From a virus (lineage: Duplodnaviria > Caudoviricetes): 64,000 bases of DNA. Shown here one piece after another: positions 41,434-51,725 of this stretch. The notes under the pieces were generated by a model, which ran no database searches, was not told the DNA's origin, and saw only the letters and a list, made by a program, of their open reading frames with translations. The first letter of the stretch is position 1. Each line of letters starts with the position of its first letter. Location: the IMG/VR virus record IMGVR_UViG_3300021425_003554, one strand, 5' to 3'. The position numbers were made by a program, and so were the translations under genes.

Positions 41434-41911
41434 AACATATACCTTAGAAAAAATACCAGAGTATGTTGACGATAATTTGAGATTTGCAGTTTTAGATAAT
41501 AGCAATCCTGCTGATCCAGATTATTTTTATGTGCCTTTAATTTTTTTAGAATCTTTTAATGCTCCGGCGGCTGTTTTGTCTATCGGAAACTACAAGATCA
41601 AAATGCCGTTAGATTGGAAAATGATTGTAGGTGATCCAGAGGAAGGCGAATTATTTGTTATGCCTATCACTAGTTTAAATGATAGAGGCTTTGAAGCATT
41701 TGTGTTTAATCCCATGACTAGTGCCAAACCCGAGTTTATGCTAGTTGATATAGAAGATATCTATCAAGAAGTAAAATGGTACTTTCCAAAGTTAAAATCA
41801 GGACAGATATTAGCAGTTCCGTTGGAGGACGGCAAGGATCCCAAGTGTGCTTATTTTGTTAAAGATATATCAAGACAGTCTGAACAACTGGATTATGGAT
41901 CGGTATGGTAA
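41408..41911 (+). CDS. Hypothetical protein
   Basis: 167-aa ORF overlapping the uvsW end. Confidence 0.6.
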   Translation: MKILTLENRTYTLEKIPEYVDDNLRFAVLDNSNPADPDYFYVPLIFLESFNAPAAVLSIGNYKIKMPLDWKMIVGDPEEGELFVMPITSLNDRGFEAFVFNPMTSAKPEFMLVDIEDIYQEVKWYFPKLKSGQILAVPLEDGKDPKCAYFVKDISRQSEQLDYGSVW

Positions 41912-42357
41912 AAGAAAAAAATAGAAAATTTTTTGAGCTCAGGAATGGCATGAAAGCCGTTGATTTTCGTAATAAGGATTATTATGATCGTATCGATGAT
42001 AAAGAAAAAAGTTTATATTCTCCATATATGATCATGAGATATGCTAGTTCTGTATCCGGCGATAAATTTTATCAAGAACACTATGTTGAGATGATTAACG
42101 AGTGTGTTAACAAACATCTTTTTACGTTGTCCAGCAAACACAAAAAACTCTGCTGGATATTGACTGCCATGTGCGGTGGATTAAAACAACAGTTTCATCC
42201 ATGGGTCAAACCAATGAAGAAGACAGTTAATAAAAGTATGCAACAACTATTAGAAATATATCCTCATATGAAGGAAGACGATATTGAAACTCTTGACAAG
42301 ATATTAACCGATGCCGAGCTCGAAGAAATATTAGAATCATATGGAAAACAATCTTAA
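41905..42357 (+). CDS. Possible clamp-loader small subunit (gp62-like)
   Basis: YSPYMIMRYAS..NKHLF..K..QFHPW pattern; replication context. Confidence 0.4.
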   Translation: MVKEKNRKFFELRNGMKAVDFRNKDYYDRIDDKEKSLYSPYMIMRYASSVSGDKFYQEHYVEMINECVNKHLFTLSSKHKKLCWILTAMCGGLKQQFHPWVKPMKKTVNKSMQQLLEIYPHMKEDDIETLDKILTDAELEEILESYGKQS

Positions 42358-43027
42358 TACTTGTACATACTGTAATAAAACTTTTCAAAAAGAAAGAACA
42401 TTACAAGTTCATGTATGCGAACCCAAAAGAAGACATTTGCAAAAGGACGAAAAATGGGTTAAAAATGGATTCCTTGTTTTTCAAAAATTTTATGAAGTTC
42501 ATCAAAATACCGGAAAGCCAAAAACATATAAACAATTTTGTGACTCGTCCTATTATAATGCATTTGTAAAATTTGGTAGGTATCTTATGTACATCAATCC
42601 TTTATATCCAGACAAATATATAGATTTTATTGTAAGATCAAAAGTTAAATTAGATCATTGGGCAAGAGATGAACTATATGAATCTTACTTGATTGAAACT
42701 TTAAAAACAGAACCTTTAGAATCTGCTCTACAAAGATCTATTAAAACAATGATGGAATGGGCCGACGAACAAAAAGTACAATGGGCAGATTATTTTCGTT
42801 TAGTTAGTACCAATAGAGCAGTTTCACATATACAAAAAGGCAGTATATCTCCATGGTTGATCCTCGGATGTCCTGCGGGTAAAAAAATGTTGAAATCTTT
42901 TTCGGATGAACAATTACAAATGGTACAACGATTTATAAATCCCGAATTTTGGTCTAACAAATTTAGATCAAATCCGGCCGATGCAATTTTTGTAAACGAA
43001 ACAGCCAAGGAGGCAAGAATTGAGTAA
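42341..43027 (+). CDS. Zinc-finger hypothetical protein
   Basis: CTYC..F....L..H.C N-terminus. Confidence 0.55.
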   Translation: MENNLNTCTYCNKTFQKERTLQVHVCEPKRRHLQKDEKWVKNGFLVFQKFYEVHQNTGKPKTYKQFCDSSYYNAFVKFGRYLMYINPLYPDKYIDFIVRSKVKLDHWARDELYESYLIETLKTEPLESALQRSIKTMMEWADEQKVQWADYFRLVSTNRAVSHIQKGSISPWLILGCPAGKKMLKSFSDEQLQMVQRFINPEFWSNKFRSNPADAIFVNETAKEARIE

Positions 43028-43244
43028 AGTAGATATTGCTATTGATGATCATTTAGATATTGAAGCGGGCGACAGTGTTGTTGTAATAAAAGCCGACGGG
43101 TCGGTAGGCAAAGTAATTTTACCCGAAATGAATCAAGAAACTCAATACAGCAAAGGTTATAAAAAAATGTTACAAGTTTTAGACTTACTTAAACCCGGGA
43201 TCAAAGAAAAGTTTAACGATTATAATAAAGGAAAATTACACTAA
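43020..43244 (+). CDS. Small hypothetical protein
   Basis: 74-aa coupled ORF. Confidence 0.5.
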   Translation: MSKVDIAIDDHLDIEAGDSVVVIKADGSVGKVILPEMNQETQYSKGYKKMLQVLDLLKPGIKEKFNDYNKGKLH

Positions 43245-43843
43245 TGCCTGATGTAGATATAGATTTTTTTGATAGAGAAAATGCGTTGAAGTTATTCAAA
43301 CATATTCCGGCTTCTATAATAAAAAAAGAAAATGCCGAGAAACATAAAACAGGAATATATTTTCACGATGCTCCGGTTGACCCATTGAGAGGTTTTTGTA
43401 GTTTAGATTATAAAAGAGCAGAAGATAGAAAATATTTTAAGATTGATTGTTTAAATGTTAGTGTTTACGAAAAAGTTAAATCCGAAGAACACTTAATTGA
43501 ATTAATGTTGACAGAGCCCGACTGGAATATGTTATTAGATATAAATGTTGTAAATCAATTGTTCCATTTGAACGGACATTTTGACATTGTCTCAAAACTT
43601 GAGCCTAAAAATATTGAACAACTTGCGGCTGTATTGGCAATTATAAGACCAGCAAAAAGAGGATTGATGTATAAAGACTGGAACACGATATTAACCGAGG
43701 TCTGGACACGTCCAACAGACGGTAGTTATTTTTTTAAAAAATCTCATGCGATTGCTTATGCCCAGTTGATAGTTGTGCAGATGAATCTAATTTCAAATGA
43801 TAAATACATTTTTGATGCACCATCAAAAAAAGAAAAAACTTAA
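43244..43843 (+). CDS. dnaE: Miniature DNA polymerase III alpha-like (C-family) catalytic fragment
   Basis: PDVDIDF; H.TG; KIDCLNV; LAAVLAIIRPA; FKKSHAIAYA, all in DnaE order within 199 aa. Confidence 0.75.
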   Translation: MPDVDIDFFDRENALKLFKHIPASIIKKENAEKHKTGIYFHDAPVDPLRGFCSLDYKRAEDRKYFKIDCLNVSVYEKVKSEEHLIELMLTEPDWNMLLDINVVNQLFHLNGHFDIVSKLEPKNIEQLAAVLAIIRPAKRGLMYKDWNTILTEVWTRPTDGSYFFKKSHAIAYAQLIVVQMNLISNDKYIFDAPSKKEKT

Positions 43844-43952
43844 AAAATCAAAAAAAAGAAATCAACAAACATCAATAGAGTATAGTTCGTATCAGCCAAA
43901 TAATCCACTGACTATATATTACTTGAAATACATTGAGAAAAAACCTAACTAG
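43797..43952 (+). CDS. Unannotated small basic protein (45-51 aa)
   Basis: MINTFLMHHQKKKKLKKSKKRNQQTSIEYSSYQPNNPLTIYYLKYIEKKPN*. Confidence 0.35.
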   Translation: MINTFLMHHQKKKKLKKSKKRNQQTSIEYSSYQPNNPLTIYYLKYIEKKPN

Positions 43953-44328
43953 GTCTTCTCATTAATTGAATTGTTCTTCTTTTAATTCGTTTTTTAGATA
44001 TCTCATCGAGCCTAAGCACAGGACCGTGTACAACTTCGATATCTTTAGTGGTAAGTGTTACCAGTGTAGATCTAAAGTATTGGAAATCTTTTTTTAAAAA
44101 TATGTTAATAGGTATTTTTCTATTTGATTCCCACCACCATATTTCACCATATTTCAAAAAATCCATTTTATCTTCTGGAGACATGATTCTACCATAATCA
44201 TAAAAACTTGTCACTTGATTATCTTGGTTTTGCACGATCCCCACAAACTCCATATCTCCCTTTCGTATAAGAGATAAAAATGGAAATTTCTTTCTTAATG
44301 TTTCAAAAATTTCATTCATATGTTTCAA
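43945..44328 (-). CDS. Hypothetical protein
   Basis: FPFLS..WWWESNRKIPINIFL ORF. Confidence 0.65.
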   Translation of the reverse strand: MKHMNEIFETLRKKFPFLSLIRKGDMEFVGIVQNQDNQVTSFYDYGRIMSPEDKMDFLKYGEIWWWESNRKIPINIFLKKDFQYFRSTLVTLTTKDIEVVHGPVLRLDEISKKRIKRRTIQLMRRPS

Positions 44329-44350
44329 TAAATACTGTTAAATATGTGTT

Positions 44351-45166
44351 ATGCAAACAGTTACAAGGTATTTAATAAACAATGTGGTAATAGCCTACAT
44401 TAATGGTTATAATGGAAGGAACTCAAAAGTGTACGATAGACGTCTAAAAGTGTATAAAGGTGTATCAAATCCAATAACATTTGTATTCAAAAACGAAGAT
44501 CAAGCAGTACAAAGCATTACGACCAAAGAATTTGAATTTGATCTGATCGACACAAAAAACGACAGATCGGTCATTAAAAAAACATTAACACTTGTAGACG
44601 ACGGGTCAACTGTTAGCACGAGAGGAAAAGCAACAGTAACATTAACCGACGGAGATTTATTAGATCTAGAGCCGGGATTTTACAATTACAGTATTAGAGA
44701 AATTGCAATAGGAGATGATTCTACTGTGACTTATACTGTGACCTATGCTAATACCTCATATAATTCTGAAGGGACACTTGAGATACTAGACGGTGCATTT
44801 CCAAAATTTGTGCCTAGCAATGAAACAATCACATGGCCTGTAACAACAGGACCATATTCAAAAACATCTGCTTACATCGACGGTAAGTCTAGTCAAAATG
44901 GTAATAACTCTTTGCACACGATCGCTGTTTATACCAACGGATTTACTGGAACATTTAAGATACAGGGCACATTGGTCACAACAGCAGTACAAGACTCGGA
45001 CTTCGCAGACATCACAGCAACTGATCAAACCAACCCAATTACATTTACCAATTCAACTGGAGTCAAATACTTTAATTTCATTGGAGTTTGGGAAAACATC
45101 AGATTCAGTTGGCAAAACACCGGCAGTAACAACGGTGTGATTGACAAAATCTTATATAGACAGTAA
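44351..45166 (+). CDS. Probable virion structural protein
   Basis: Thr/Gly-rich beta protein, late promoter TAAATA. Confidence 0.5.
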   Translation: MQTVTRYLINNVVIAYINGYNGRNSKVYDRRLKVYKGVSNPITFVFKNEDQAVQSITTKEFEFDLIDTKNDRSVIKKTLTLVDDGSTVSTRGKATVTLTDGDLLDLEPGFYNYSIREIAIGDDSTVTYTVTYANTSYNSEGTLEILDGAFPKFVPSNETITWPVTTGPYSKTSAYIDGKSSQNGNNSLHTIAVYTNGFTGTFKIQGTLVTTAVQDSDFADITATDQTNPITFTNSTGVKYFNFIGVWENIRFSWQNTGSNNGVIDKILYRQ

Positions 45167-45169
45167 AAT
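45141..45169 (+). promoter_or_regulatory. sigma70 promoter for primase, inside the upstream gene's 3' end
   Basis: TTGACA-17 nt-TAAAAT; ATG 8 nt downstream with no SD. Confidence 0.7.
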
Positions 45170-45176
45170 ATAGAAT

Positions 45177-46193
45177 ATGAATTTAATTCAGTCTACTATT
45201 CTGAATTCTCTTCCTAGCGGAAAGAAAAAAACACCCTCTGGTTGGTTATCTTTTAATGCTCCGTGTTGTATACACAACGGCACAGGTGCTGATAAAAGAA
45301 AACGTGGAGGCATCATGACTTCTGCCGACGGTACTTTAAGTTATCATTGTTTTAATTGTGGTTATAAAACTTCGTATGTTGTTGGAAGAAAACTCAATGC
45401 GAAAACAAGACAACTCATGAGCTGGTTAGGAATTAGTGAAGAAACTATAAGAAAATTATCAATAGAGGCCATGCGTTATGAAGAATCCGGCAATACATTT
45501 GAAACAAAAAAAAATATAAATTTTGCTATCAAGACGTTGCCAAAAAATTCACACACACTAGATTATTGGTTGGAAAAATATATTGCAAAAGATCTAACAG
45601 AAGTTCAATATAAAAAAATTGATCAATTATTAAACTACTTAAAAAAAAGAGGTATTTCTCCCGATTGGTATAAATTTTATTATAGTCCGGATCAAACAGG
45701 AGATTTCCATAGAAGAGTAATTGTGCCTTTTTATTGGAAAAATAATATAGTAGGACACACAGGAAGAATTTTTGATACAAGAAACAAGGAAGTTAAATAT
45801 TGGACAGAAACACAACCGGGTTATGTGTTTAACATAGATGTCCAGGATTGGAAAAGAAAGTTTGTGATTGTGACCGAAGGTCCTTTTGATGCTATCACTG
45901 TTTCGGGTGTGAGCATTTTAGGTTCAGAGGTCAATGATACGCAGAAAGATATTATAAACAGTTTGAATAGACAGGTAATTGTAGTGCCGGATCAAGACAA
46001 AGCCGGAGAAAAACTAATAGACCAAGCAATAGAGTTTGGGTGGTCTGTATCTTTTCCAGAATGGCAAAAAGGAGTTGATGATGTGGCCGAATCTGTGTTA
46101 CAATATGGAAGATTATATACAATACAGTCGATACTAAAAGGAACAGAAACTAATAAACTTAAGATCGATTTAAAAAGAAAAATAAATGGCTGA
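45177..46193 (+). CDS. DNA primase (gp61-like)
   Basis: Zn finger APCC..H..YHCFNC; TOPRIM VTEGPFDA, VPDQD, DVAE. Confidence 0.9.
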   Translation: MNLIQSTILNSLPSGKKKTPSGWLSFNAPCCIHNGTGADKRKRGGIMTSADGTLSYHCFNCGYKTSYVVGRKLNAKTRQLMSWLGISEETIRKLSIEAMRYEESGNTFETKKNINFAIKTLPKNSHTLDYWLEKYIAKDLTEVQYKKIDQLLNYLKKRGISPDWYKFYYSPDQTGDFHRRVIVPFYWKNNIVGHTGRIFDTRNKEVKYWTETQPGYVFNIDVQDWKRKFVIVTEGPFDAITVSGVSILGSEVNDTQKDIINSLNRQVIVVPDQDKAGEKLIDQAIEFGWSVSFPEWQKGVDDVAESVLQYGRLYTIQSILKGTETNKLKIDLKRKING

Positions 46194-47616
46194 ATATACA
46201 TTTGACGTACAAAAACTTTATTTAGAAATGCTAATGGCAGATGCTGAATCATTTGCTAGGGCACAAAATATTTTTGAACCTGCAAATTTTGACAGGAAAC
46301 TACAACCAATTGCAAAATTTGTTAAGGATTATGTCGATGAATATAAAGTCATGCCCGACGTTGAACAAATTAATGCTGTACATGATACAAAATTAAAAAC
46401 TGCAAAGGATCTAGATCCGGCACATTTTAATTGGCTACTAGATGAATTTGAAACATTTTCTAGGCACAAATCAATGGAGAGAGCAATATTGGAGTCTGCA
46501 GATTTGCTCGAAAAAGGAGATTATAATCCAGTAGAAGACAAGATCAAAGCGGCTGTTAGTATAAGTCTTACTAAAGATCTAGGAACAAACTATTTTGAAA
46601 ACCCTAAAAAAAGATTAGAGGATCTTAAGAGTGCCAACGGACAGGTTAGCACAGGATGGATAAACGTAGATAAAAAATTGTTTGGTGGATTTAATAAAGG
46701 AGAATTAAACATTTTTGCTGGAGGATCGGGTGCAGGTAAATCTATTTTCCTACAGAATCTTGCTGTGAATTGGGCAACTGCCGGGTTGAATACTTGCTAT
46801 CTTTCATTTGAATTAAGTGAATCATTGGTGGCAATGAGACTCGATGCCATGATGTCTGGCATAGCAACAAGAAGAATATTTCCAGAAATTGACAACGTGG
46901 AAATGAAAGTAAAAATGATTGAGAAAAAATCCGGTGCTTTACAGATAAAATATCTACCAAGTGGCAGTAACGTAAATGACATTAAAGCGTATCTCAAAGA
47001 ACTTGAATTGAAAAATAAAAAGAAATTTGATTGTATATTGATTGATTATTTGGATCTGATGATGCCTAAAAGTAAACGTATCAGTCCTGCAGATCTTTTT
47101 ATAAAAGACAAATATGTATCGGAAGAACTTAGAAATTTCGCAACTGAATCTCAGATGATCATGGTAACGGCATCACAATTGAATAGAGCATCGGTTGAAG
47201 AAATCGAGTTTGACCATTCACATATTTCGGGCGGGTTGAGTAAGATTCAAACAGCAGATAACGTGATTGGTATCTTTACAAGTCGTGCAATGAAAGAGCG
47301 TGGACGTTATCAAATACAGTTTATGAAAACAAGAAGTTCAAGCGGTGTGGGACAAAAAGTGGATTTAGAATTTGATTTAGATACTCTTAGAATAAAAGAT
47401 TTACTCGAAGAGGAAGGCGATCATTCACAATTTAAAAAACCAGCAACAGCAATGTACGATTCTTTAAAACAAAAAAGTAAAATTATTAATGATAGTAACA
47501 AAAATATTACTATCGATCCTACAAAAGGAAACGATATAGGTAAAGTTAAAGCCACAGTTGAAGGGGCCAAATTGAGACAATTATTAAATGATTTACACTC
47601 AGATGAAGAGCAATAA
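46186..47616 (+). CDS. Replicative DnaB-like helicase (gp41-like)
   Basis: GGSGAGKS, LIDYLDL, TASQLNR, TADNVIG. Confidence 0.93.
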   Translation: MAEYTFDVQKLYLEMLMADAESFARAQNIFEPANFDRKLQPIAKFVKDYVDEYKVMPDVEQINAVHDTKLKTAKDLDPAHFNWLLDEFETFSRHKSMERAILESADLLEKGDYNPVEDKIKAAVSISLTKDLGTNYFENPKKRLEDLKSANGQVSTGWINVDKKLFGGFNKGELNIFAGGSGAGKSIFLQNLAVNWATAGLNTCYLSFELSESLVAMRLDAMMSGIATRRIFPEIDNVEMKVKMIEKKSGALQIKYLPSGSNVNDIKAYLKELELKNKKKFDCILIDYLDLMMPKSKRISPADLFIKDKYVSEELRNFATESQMIMVTASQLNRASVEEIEFDHSHISGGLSKIQTADNVIGIFTSRAMKERGRYQIQFMKTRSSSGVGQKVDLEFDLDTLRIKDLLEEEGDHSQFKKPATAMYDSLKQKSKIINDSNKNITIDPTKGNDIGKVKATVEGAKLRQLLNDLHSDEEQ

Positions 47617-47767
47617 TAGACATAGTTTATGATAAATAGTGTCTGTAAAAAAAATGAAAAAACAACATTTCATAAAAGTTACCATATAGAAAAAATCAAT
47701 TAAAATTCCCAGAAGTTTAAAGAATTTGTGAATGGCTTTACAGCCACACAAAAATAAGGAGAAAACT

Positions 47768-48706
47768 ATGAAAATAACAAAGAAAAAAATAGGCCTAGGT
47801 GTAGCGATTATTATTGCACTTGGCATATTATGGTCGGTTTTAAAACCGGCTCCAGCAGAAGCGGCTGATATGAAAGTTTATGGTTCATTAAACTATATGC
47901 TTTCTAATAACGAGGACGCTAACGGCGTGGCGACATCGAAAGCGGAGAACAACGGTTCTTCTATCGGTGTTGATTTCTCGAGCAACCTATCAGAAGGTAT
48001 CGACGGCTTTGCCAAATTAGAAGTGGACATCGATGCAGATGATTCTGGCTCAACACCATTTGATTCAAAACTAGCATATGCTGGTGTTGACATGGGCGAT
48101 GCAGGTATGCTGTCAGCAGGTAGACAAAACTCTGTATTCAAAGGTGCAGTAACATCTAAAACAGATGTGTTCCCAGAATATGGTAATAGTGCATCACAAA
48201 AACTGTTCAGTAGAGATTCACACACAGTAATCTACTCTAACACATTTGGTGCAATACAGTTGGATAACTTGATCAAAGTTGACGGAACAACTGGTAAATC
48301 AGGTGTTGATGTTTATGAAACTGCGGCTTCTATGGATGTAAGTGATGAACTAAACGTAGGTATTGCTTACTCAGATGACAAAGTAAATTCGATCGAGTAC
48401 AAAGGTGCGGGTTTAAATTTTGATTTGAACGATGCTGTTACAATTGGTTACAATTATACAATTAAATCAGTTGAGTCAACATCATTAGACACTACTGCGA
48501 ATGAACTAGTTGGTTCATACACCATTGGACAAACAACATTTTCAGCAGGTTACGGTGAGATCGAAGATGGTAACAAGTATCATACGTATGGTGCCGAGAA
48601 AAAAATTGGTAGCAACTTTAGTATGTACGCCGGTTACGAAATCACTGACGTACCATCAGGTACAGACACAAACGACATGGCAGTAGGAATGAAATTTACA
48701 TTCTAA
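47768..48706 (+). CDS. Gram-negative outer-membrane porin
   Basis: Signal peptide ending AEA-A; VYG, S.IG, KLE, YAG, LSAGRQ; amphipathic strands; C-terminal Phe. Confidence 0.85.
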   Translation: MKITKKKIGLGVAIIIALGILWSVLKPAPAEAADMKVYGSLNYMLSNNEDANGVATSKAENNGSSIGVDFSSNLSEGIDGFAKLEVDIDADDSGSTPFDSKLAYAGVDMGDAGMLSAGRQNSVFKGAVTSKTDVFPEYGNSASQKLFSRDSHTVIYSNTFGAIQLDNLIKVDGTTGKSGVDVYETAASMDVSDELNVGIAYSDDKVNSIEYKGAGLNFDLNDAVTIGYNYTIKSVESTSLDTTANELVGSYTIGQTTFSAGYGEIEDGNKYHTYGAEKKIGSNFSMYAGYEITDVPSGTDTNDMAVGMKFTF

Positions 48707-48720
48707 TTGTTATTTTTTAT

Positions 48721-48745
48721 GTTTGCCTGTGTAATGCAGGCAAAC
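48721..48745. terminator. Bidirectional terminator hairpin
   Basis: gtttgcctg-tgtaatg-caggcaaac between convergent genes. Confidence 0.7.
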
Positions 48746-48748
48746 ATA

Positions 48749-50305
48749 TTATAAGAATTTTTCTTTTACTTTCTTAATATAATCATCCAAAAAAACTTTT
48801 TTATAATTCTTATACTCATCTGACAGTAGATCTGTATGATATTTTGTCAATGCTTCTTTATACGATATACCATAATTTAAAATCGAAGCCATACGCCAAG
48901 CATCTAATTTAGATTTATTATTTGTTCTAGCGTATTCGTTCCATTGTCTACTTAACCTGTCTGTCATAAAACTGTCCCAGTGTTCGTTCTTCCAAGCATC
49001 TCCGTTTCTACCGGGCATATTATTTTCAAATACATCGTAACCGTAATCTTTGTAATTCCTATCAAACTCACTTGAAAAACTTCTGGACTTACCTCTGTTT
49101 CTGACTATGCTTAGGCTATGCCATGTATAACTGTCTAATCCTATTGTACCATCCAACAATTCTTTATTATTTTGTTCAATGGTGTCTATTGTTTCATGAG
49201 GTAATCCCACAACAAAATTTCCGTGTAGGTGTATGTCATTGTGCCATTCTTTCTTCATGAGAGACAACGCTTTTATTGTTTTTTCTTTACCCAAACCTTT
49301 TCCGATTGCTTTAGATGAGGGATCGTGTAAACTTTCTATTCCAAAATTGGCGAAACGTAATCCAACCTTTTTTAACAACGGTATTTGTTTTTCTTGATGT
49401 GCATGAACTAGATCTAATCTAATATATGCAGTCAAATTTAATTCAAGTTTGAGATCGTCAACAACATCTGCAAGTGTTTGTAATTTTTCAGTTGTTTCAT
49501 TAAAAGTATCACACAAGACAAAATAATTAGTAACTCCCCATGTGTCGTAATTAAATTTAAGTTCTTCCTTAATACTATTTTTACTTCTTAGATATCTATG
49601 TTCTTTTGGATTTTTTCCTAACAGAGGATATGAACAAAATTTACATTTGAATCTACAACCTCTGCTTAATTCTAAAGGTAATGTTTCGTTTGGAAGTATT
49701 ACATCGTTTTTTGAAAACATGGGTGGACAATTATGAAAATCATATAATAAACCTAAAGGATCTCCGGGTAATATTTTTTCAACAGGATTTGATTTATTTG
49801 ATTTACAATTATTTAAAAATTGAATCATAGAACTTTCACCAAAACCTTTTATCCAGTAATCAATAAAGTTAAAAGGCAAATTTCCAAAAATGTTATAAAT
49901 GGCGACAGACCCGGAACTGTGTCCTCCTAACAATATTTTTAGATTTGGATGATTTTTTTTGATGTATGTAAAAAGTTTATAAAAACAATTGAACCATTTG
50001 GCATCTGAATATTGTCCGGTACCTTCATATGTGATGCTATCATTTATTGTGACTTTTTTGTGATCAAAGTCTAAACTAGAAAACCAAGTTCCGCTAATTG
50101 CTAAAGCATAAGTTTCTTTGGTAATTTGCTTGGATAAGATATTGAAAAAAGATACCGGGTCTTTATCTACAAAATAACTGAAATGATCTAAAACATTTAC
50201 AGAGTGTCCGTGCTGTCTGCAAGATGAGGCTATCCTATATGCACCAGCAGTTTTTGATGGTACATCGTAAGTTGGTAAATCATTTAAAATTATAAGATTT
50301 GTCAT
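48749..50305 (-). CDS. Cobalamin-dependent (class B-like) radical SAM enzyme
   Basis: N-terminal B12-binding-like region (GAYRIAS, ILLGG); SRGCRFKCKFC; FGIESL; NFVVGLP.E. Confidence 0.85.
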   Translation of the reverse strand: MTNLIILNDLPTYDVPSKTAGAYRIASSCRQHGHSVNVLDHFSYFVDKDPVSFFNILSKQITKETYALAISGTWFSSLDFDHKKVTINDSITYEGTGQYSDAKWFNCFYKLFTYIKKNHPNLKILLGGHSSGSVAIYNIFGNLPFNFIDYWIKGFGESSMIQFLNNCKSNKSNPVEKILPGDPLGLLYDFHNCPPMFSKNDVILPNETLPLELSRGCRFKCKFCSYPLLGKNPKEHRYLRSKNSIKEELKFNYDTWGVTNYFVLCDTFNETTEKLQTLADVVDDLKLELNLTAYIRLDLVHAHQEKQIPLLKKVGLRFANFGIESLHDPSSKAIGKGLGKEKTIKALSLMKKEWHNDIHLHGNFVVGLPHETIDTIEQNNKELLDGTIGLDSYTWHSLSIVRNRGKSRSFSSEFDRNYKDYGYDVFENNMPGRNGDAWKNEHWDSFMTDRLSRQWNEYARTNNKSKLDAWRMASILNYGISYKEALTKYHTDLLSDEYKNYKKVFLDDYIKKVKEKFL

Positions 50306-50419
50306 TGATTATCTTTTTACTTATTGCGTAAAATTTACAAAAAATTATTTTAGCGAAGCGTAAATTAGCGTAAGATTTATTTGACCTTTATGTTTTTACC
50401 ATTAAATATATCTATCAAG

Positions 50420-51706
50420 ATGAATCAAAATCAGCACAGACGCGAACTAAACATCTCTTCGAAGCCAGGAAAACTTTGCGAGTTGCCATGGTCGGGTCTC
50501 ACGATCAACCCGGACGGAAATTTGGTTGTGTGCTGTTCTTCCGTAAATCCTATAATCAAACATATTAGCAAGGTCGACGACTTACAAAAGTTTTTTACTA
50601 ACTCCATCGAGTATAATAGTATGAGACAGAAATTTAAAAACAACGTATTTCCTGAATATTGTTTCACATGTGAATTTAAAAAAAGTAGAGGACTTTCTGC
50701 ACCCATTGATACCTGGACTGCGGACGTTGTTCCAAACAACAATCCTCCCAAAAACTTATCTAACAAAGATATGCCAATACTGTATTTAGATCTTTCGTTA
50801 TCAAATGTTTGCAATCAAACTTGTATCATGTGTGGTCCTCTTTATAGTTCAAAATGGTATGATCTAGAAAAAAAGATACAAAAGGAACAAACAGAAATAG
50901 AAACCATGGAAGGCAGAGAAGGAAGACTGATCGAGGGAAAGAGATTGTTCATGAACAAATTGTCCGAAGAAGATTTCCAAAAAATTTTAAAAGTGTTGCC
51001 TACTGTGGAAGTAATACAATTGAAAGGTGGAGAACCGTTGGTAGAAAAAAGAAACTTTATAGTGATGTCCGAAGCGGCCAGGCAAAAAAGACCACCTCGT
51101 ATAGTCATGACCACAAACCTCAGTTTGATATCAAAGGATGCATGGAAAGCCGTTGAAGAATATCCTCGAGGAAAGTTAGGAATCAACATCAGCCTAGACG
51201 GTATAGGTAAGCAATATGAATGGATCAGGGGCGGTGATTATTCTAATACTATGAAAAACATAGAAAGGTTGTGTAAGAGTGGACACAGTATATGTGTACG
51301 TACATCCTTGACGTTACACTCGTCTTTTAACGTTCCGGAACAGATACAAGTAATACATGACAACACAGACATAAGAGAAATGGATATAGGACTTGTGACG
51401 TCGCCCACGTATACTTCTAATCGTTTGATACCTCAACCCATGTTAGAGGAACAAAAATCTCGCACCGCGGATGCAGTAAATCATTATACCCAAAAAGGAA
51501 TGAAGTTTCACGAATTGGAAAATTTTTACAACGTTAGATGTGTTAACACACTGGCGGATGTACTTAAAATGACACAAGGAGAAACGGAAATTTTCTATCA
51601 ACAAAAATTACACCAAGCCAAACTGTGGACTGATTTTTTTAACAAACAACGTGGTATTGCAATACAAGATCATGTTCCGGAATTAAAACGGTTGTTTAAT
51701 TATTAA
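50420..51706 (+). CDS. Radical SAM protein with SPASM/twitch N-terminus
   Basis: CELPW..NPDG..VCC; CNQTCIMC; LKGGEP; SLDG. Confidence 0.9.
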   Translation: MNQNQHRRELNISSKPGKLCELPWSGLTINPDGNLVVCCSSVNPIIKHISKVDDLQKFFTNSIEYNSMRQKFKNNVFPEYCFTCEFKKSRGLSAPIDTWTADVVPNNNPPKNLSNKDMPILYLDLSLSNVCNQTCIMCGPLYSSKWYDLEKKIQKEQTEIETMEGREGRLIEGKRLFMNKLSEEDFQKILKVLPTVEVIQLKGGEPLVEKRNFIVMSEAARQKRPPRIVMTTNLSLISKDAWKAVEEYPRGKLGINISLDGIGKQYEWIRGGDYSNTMKNIERLCKSGHSICVRTSLTLHSSFNVPEQIQVIHDNTDIREMDIGLVTSPTYTSNRLIPQPMLEEQKSRTADAVNHYTQKGMKFHELENFYNVRCVNTLADVLKMTQGETEIFYQQKLHQAKLWTDFFNKQRGIAIQDHVPELKRLFNY

Positions 51707-51725
51707 AAATATTATATAATGAATT

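Noticed and set aside
47599-47826. ORFs in the helicase-porin gap
   Set aside because: Short, low-complexity, overlapping both neighbours; more simply a promoter and leader region.
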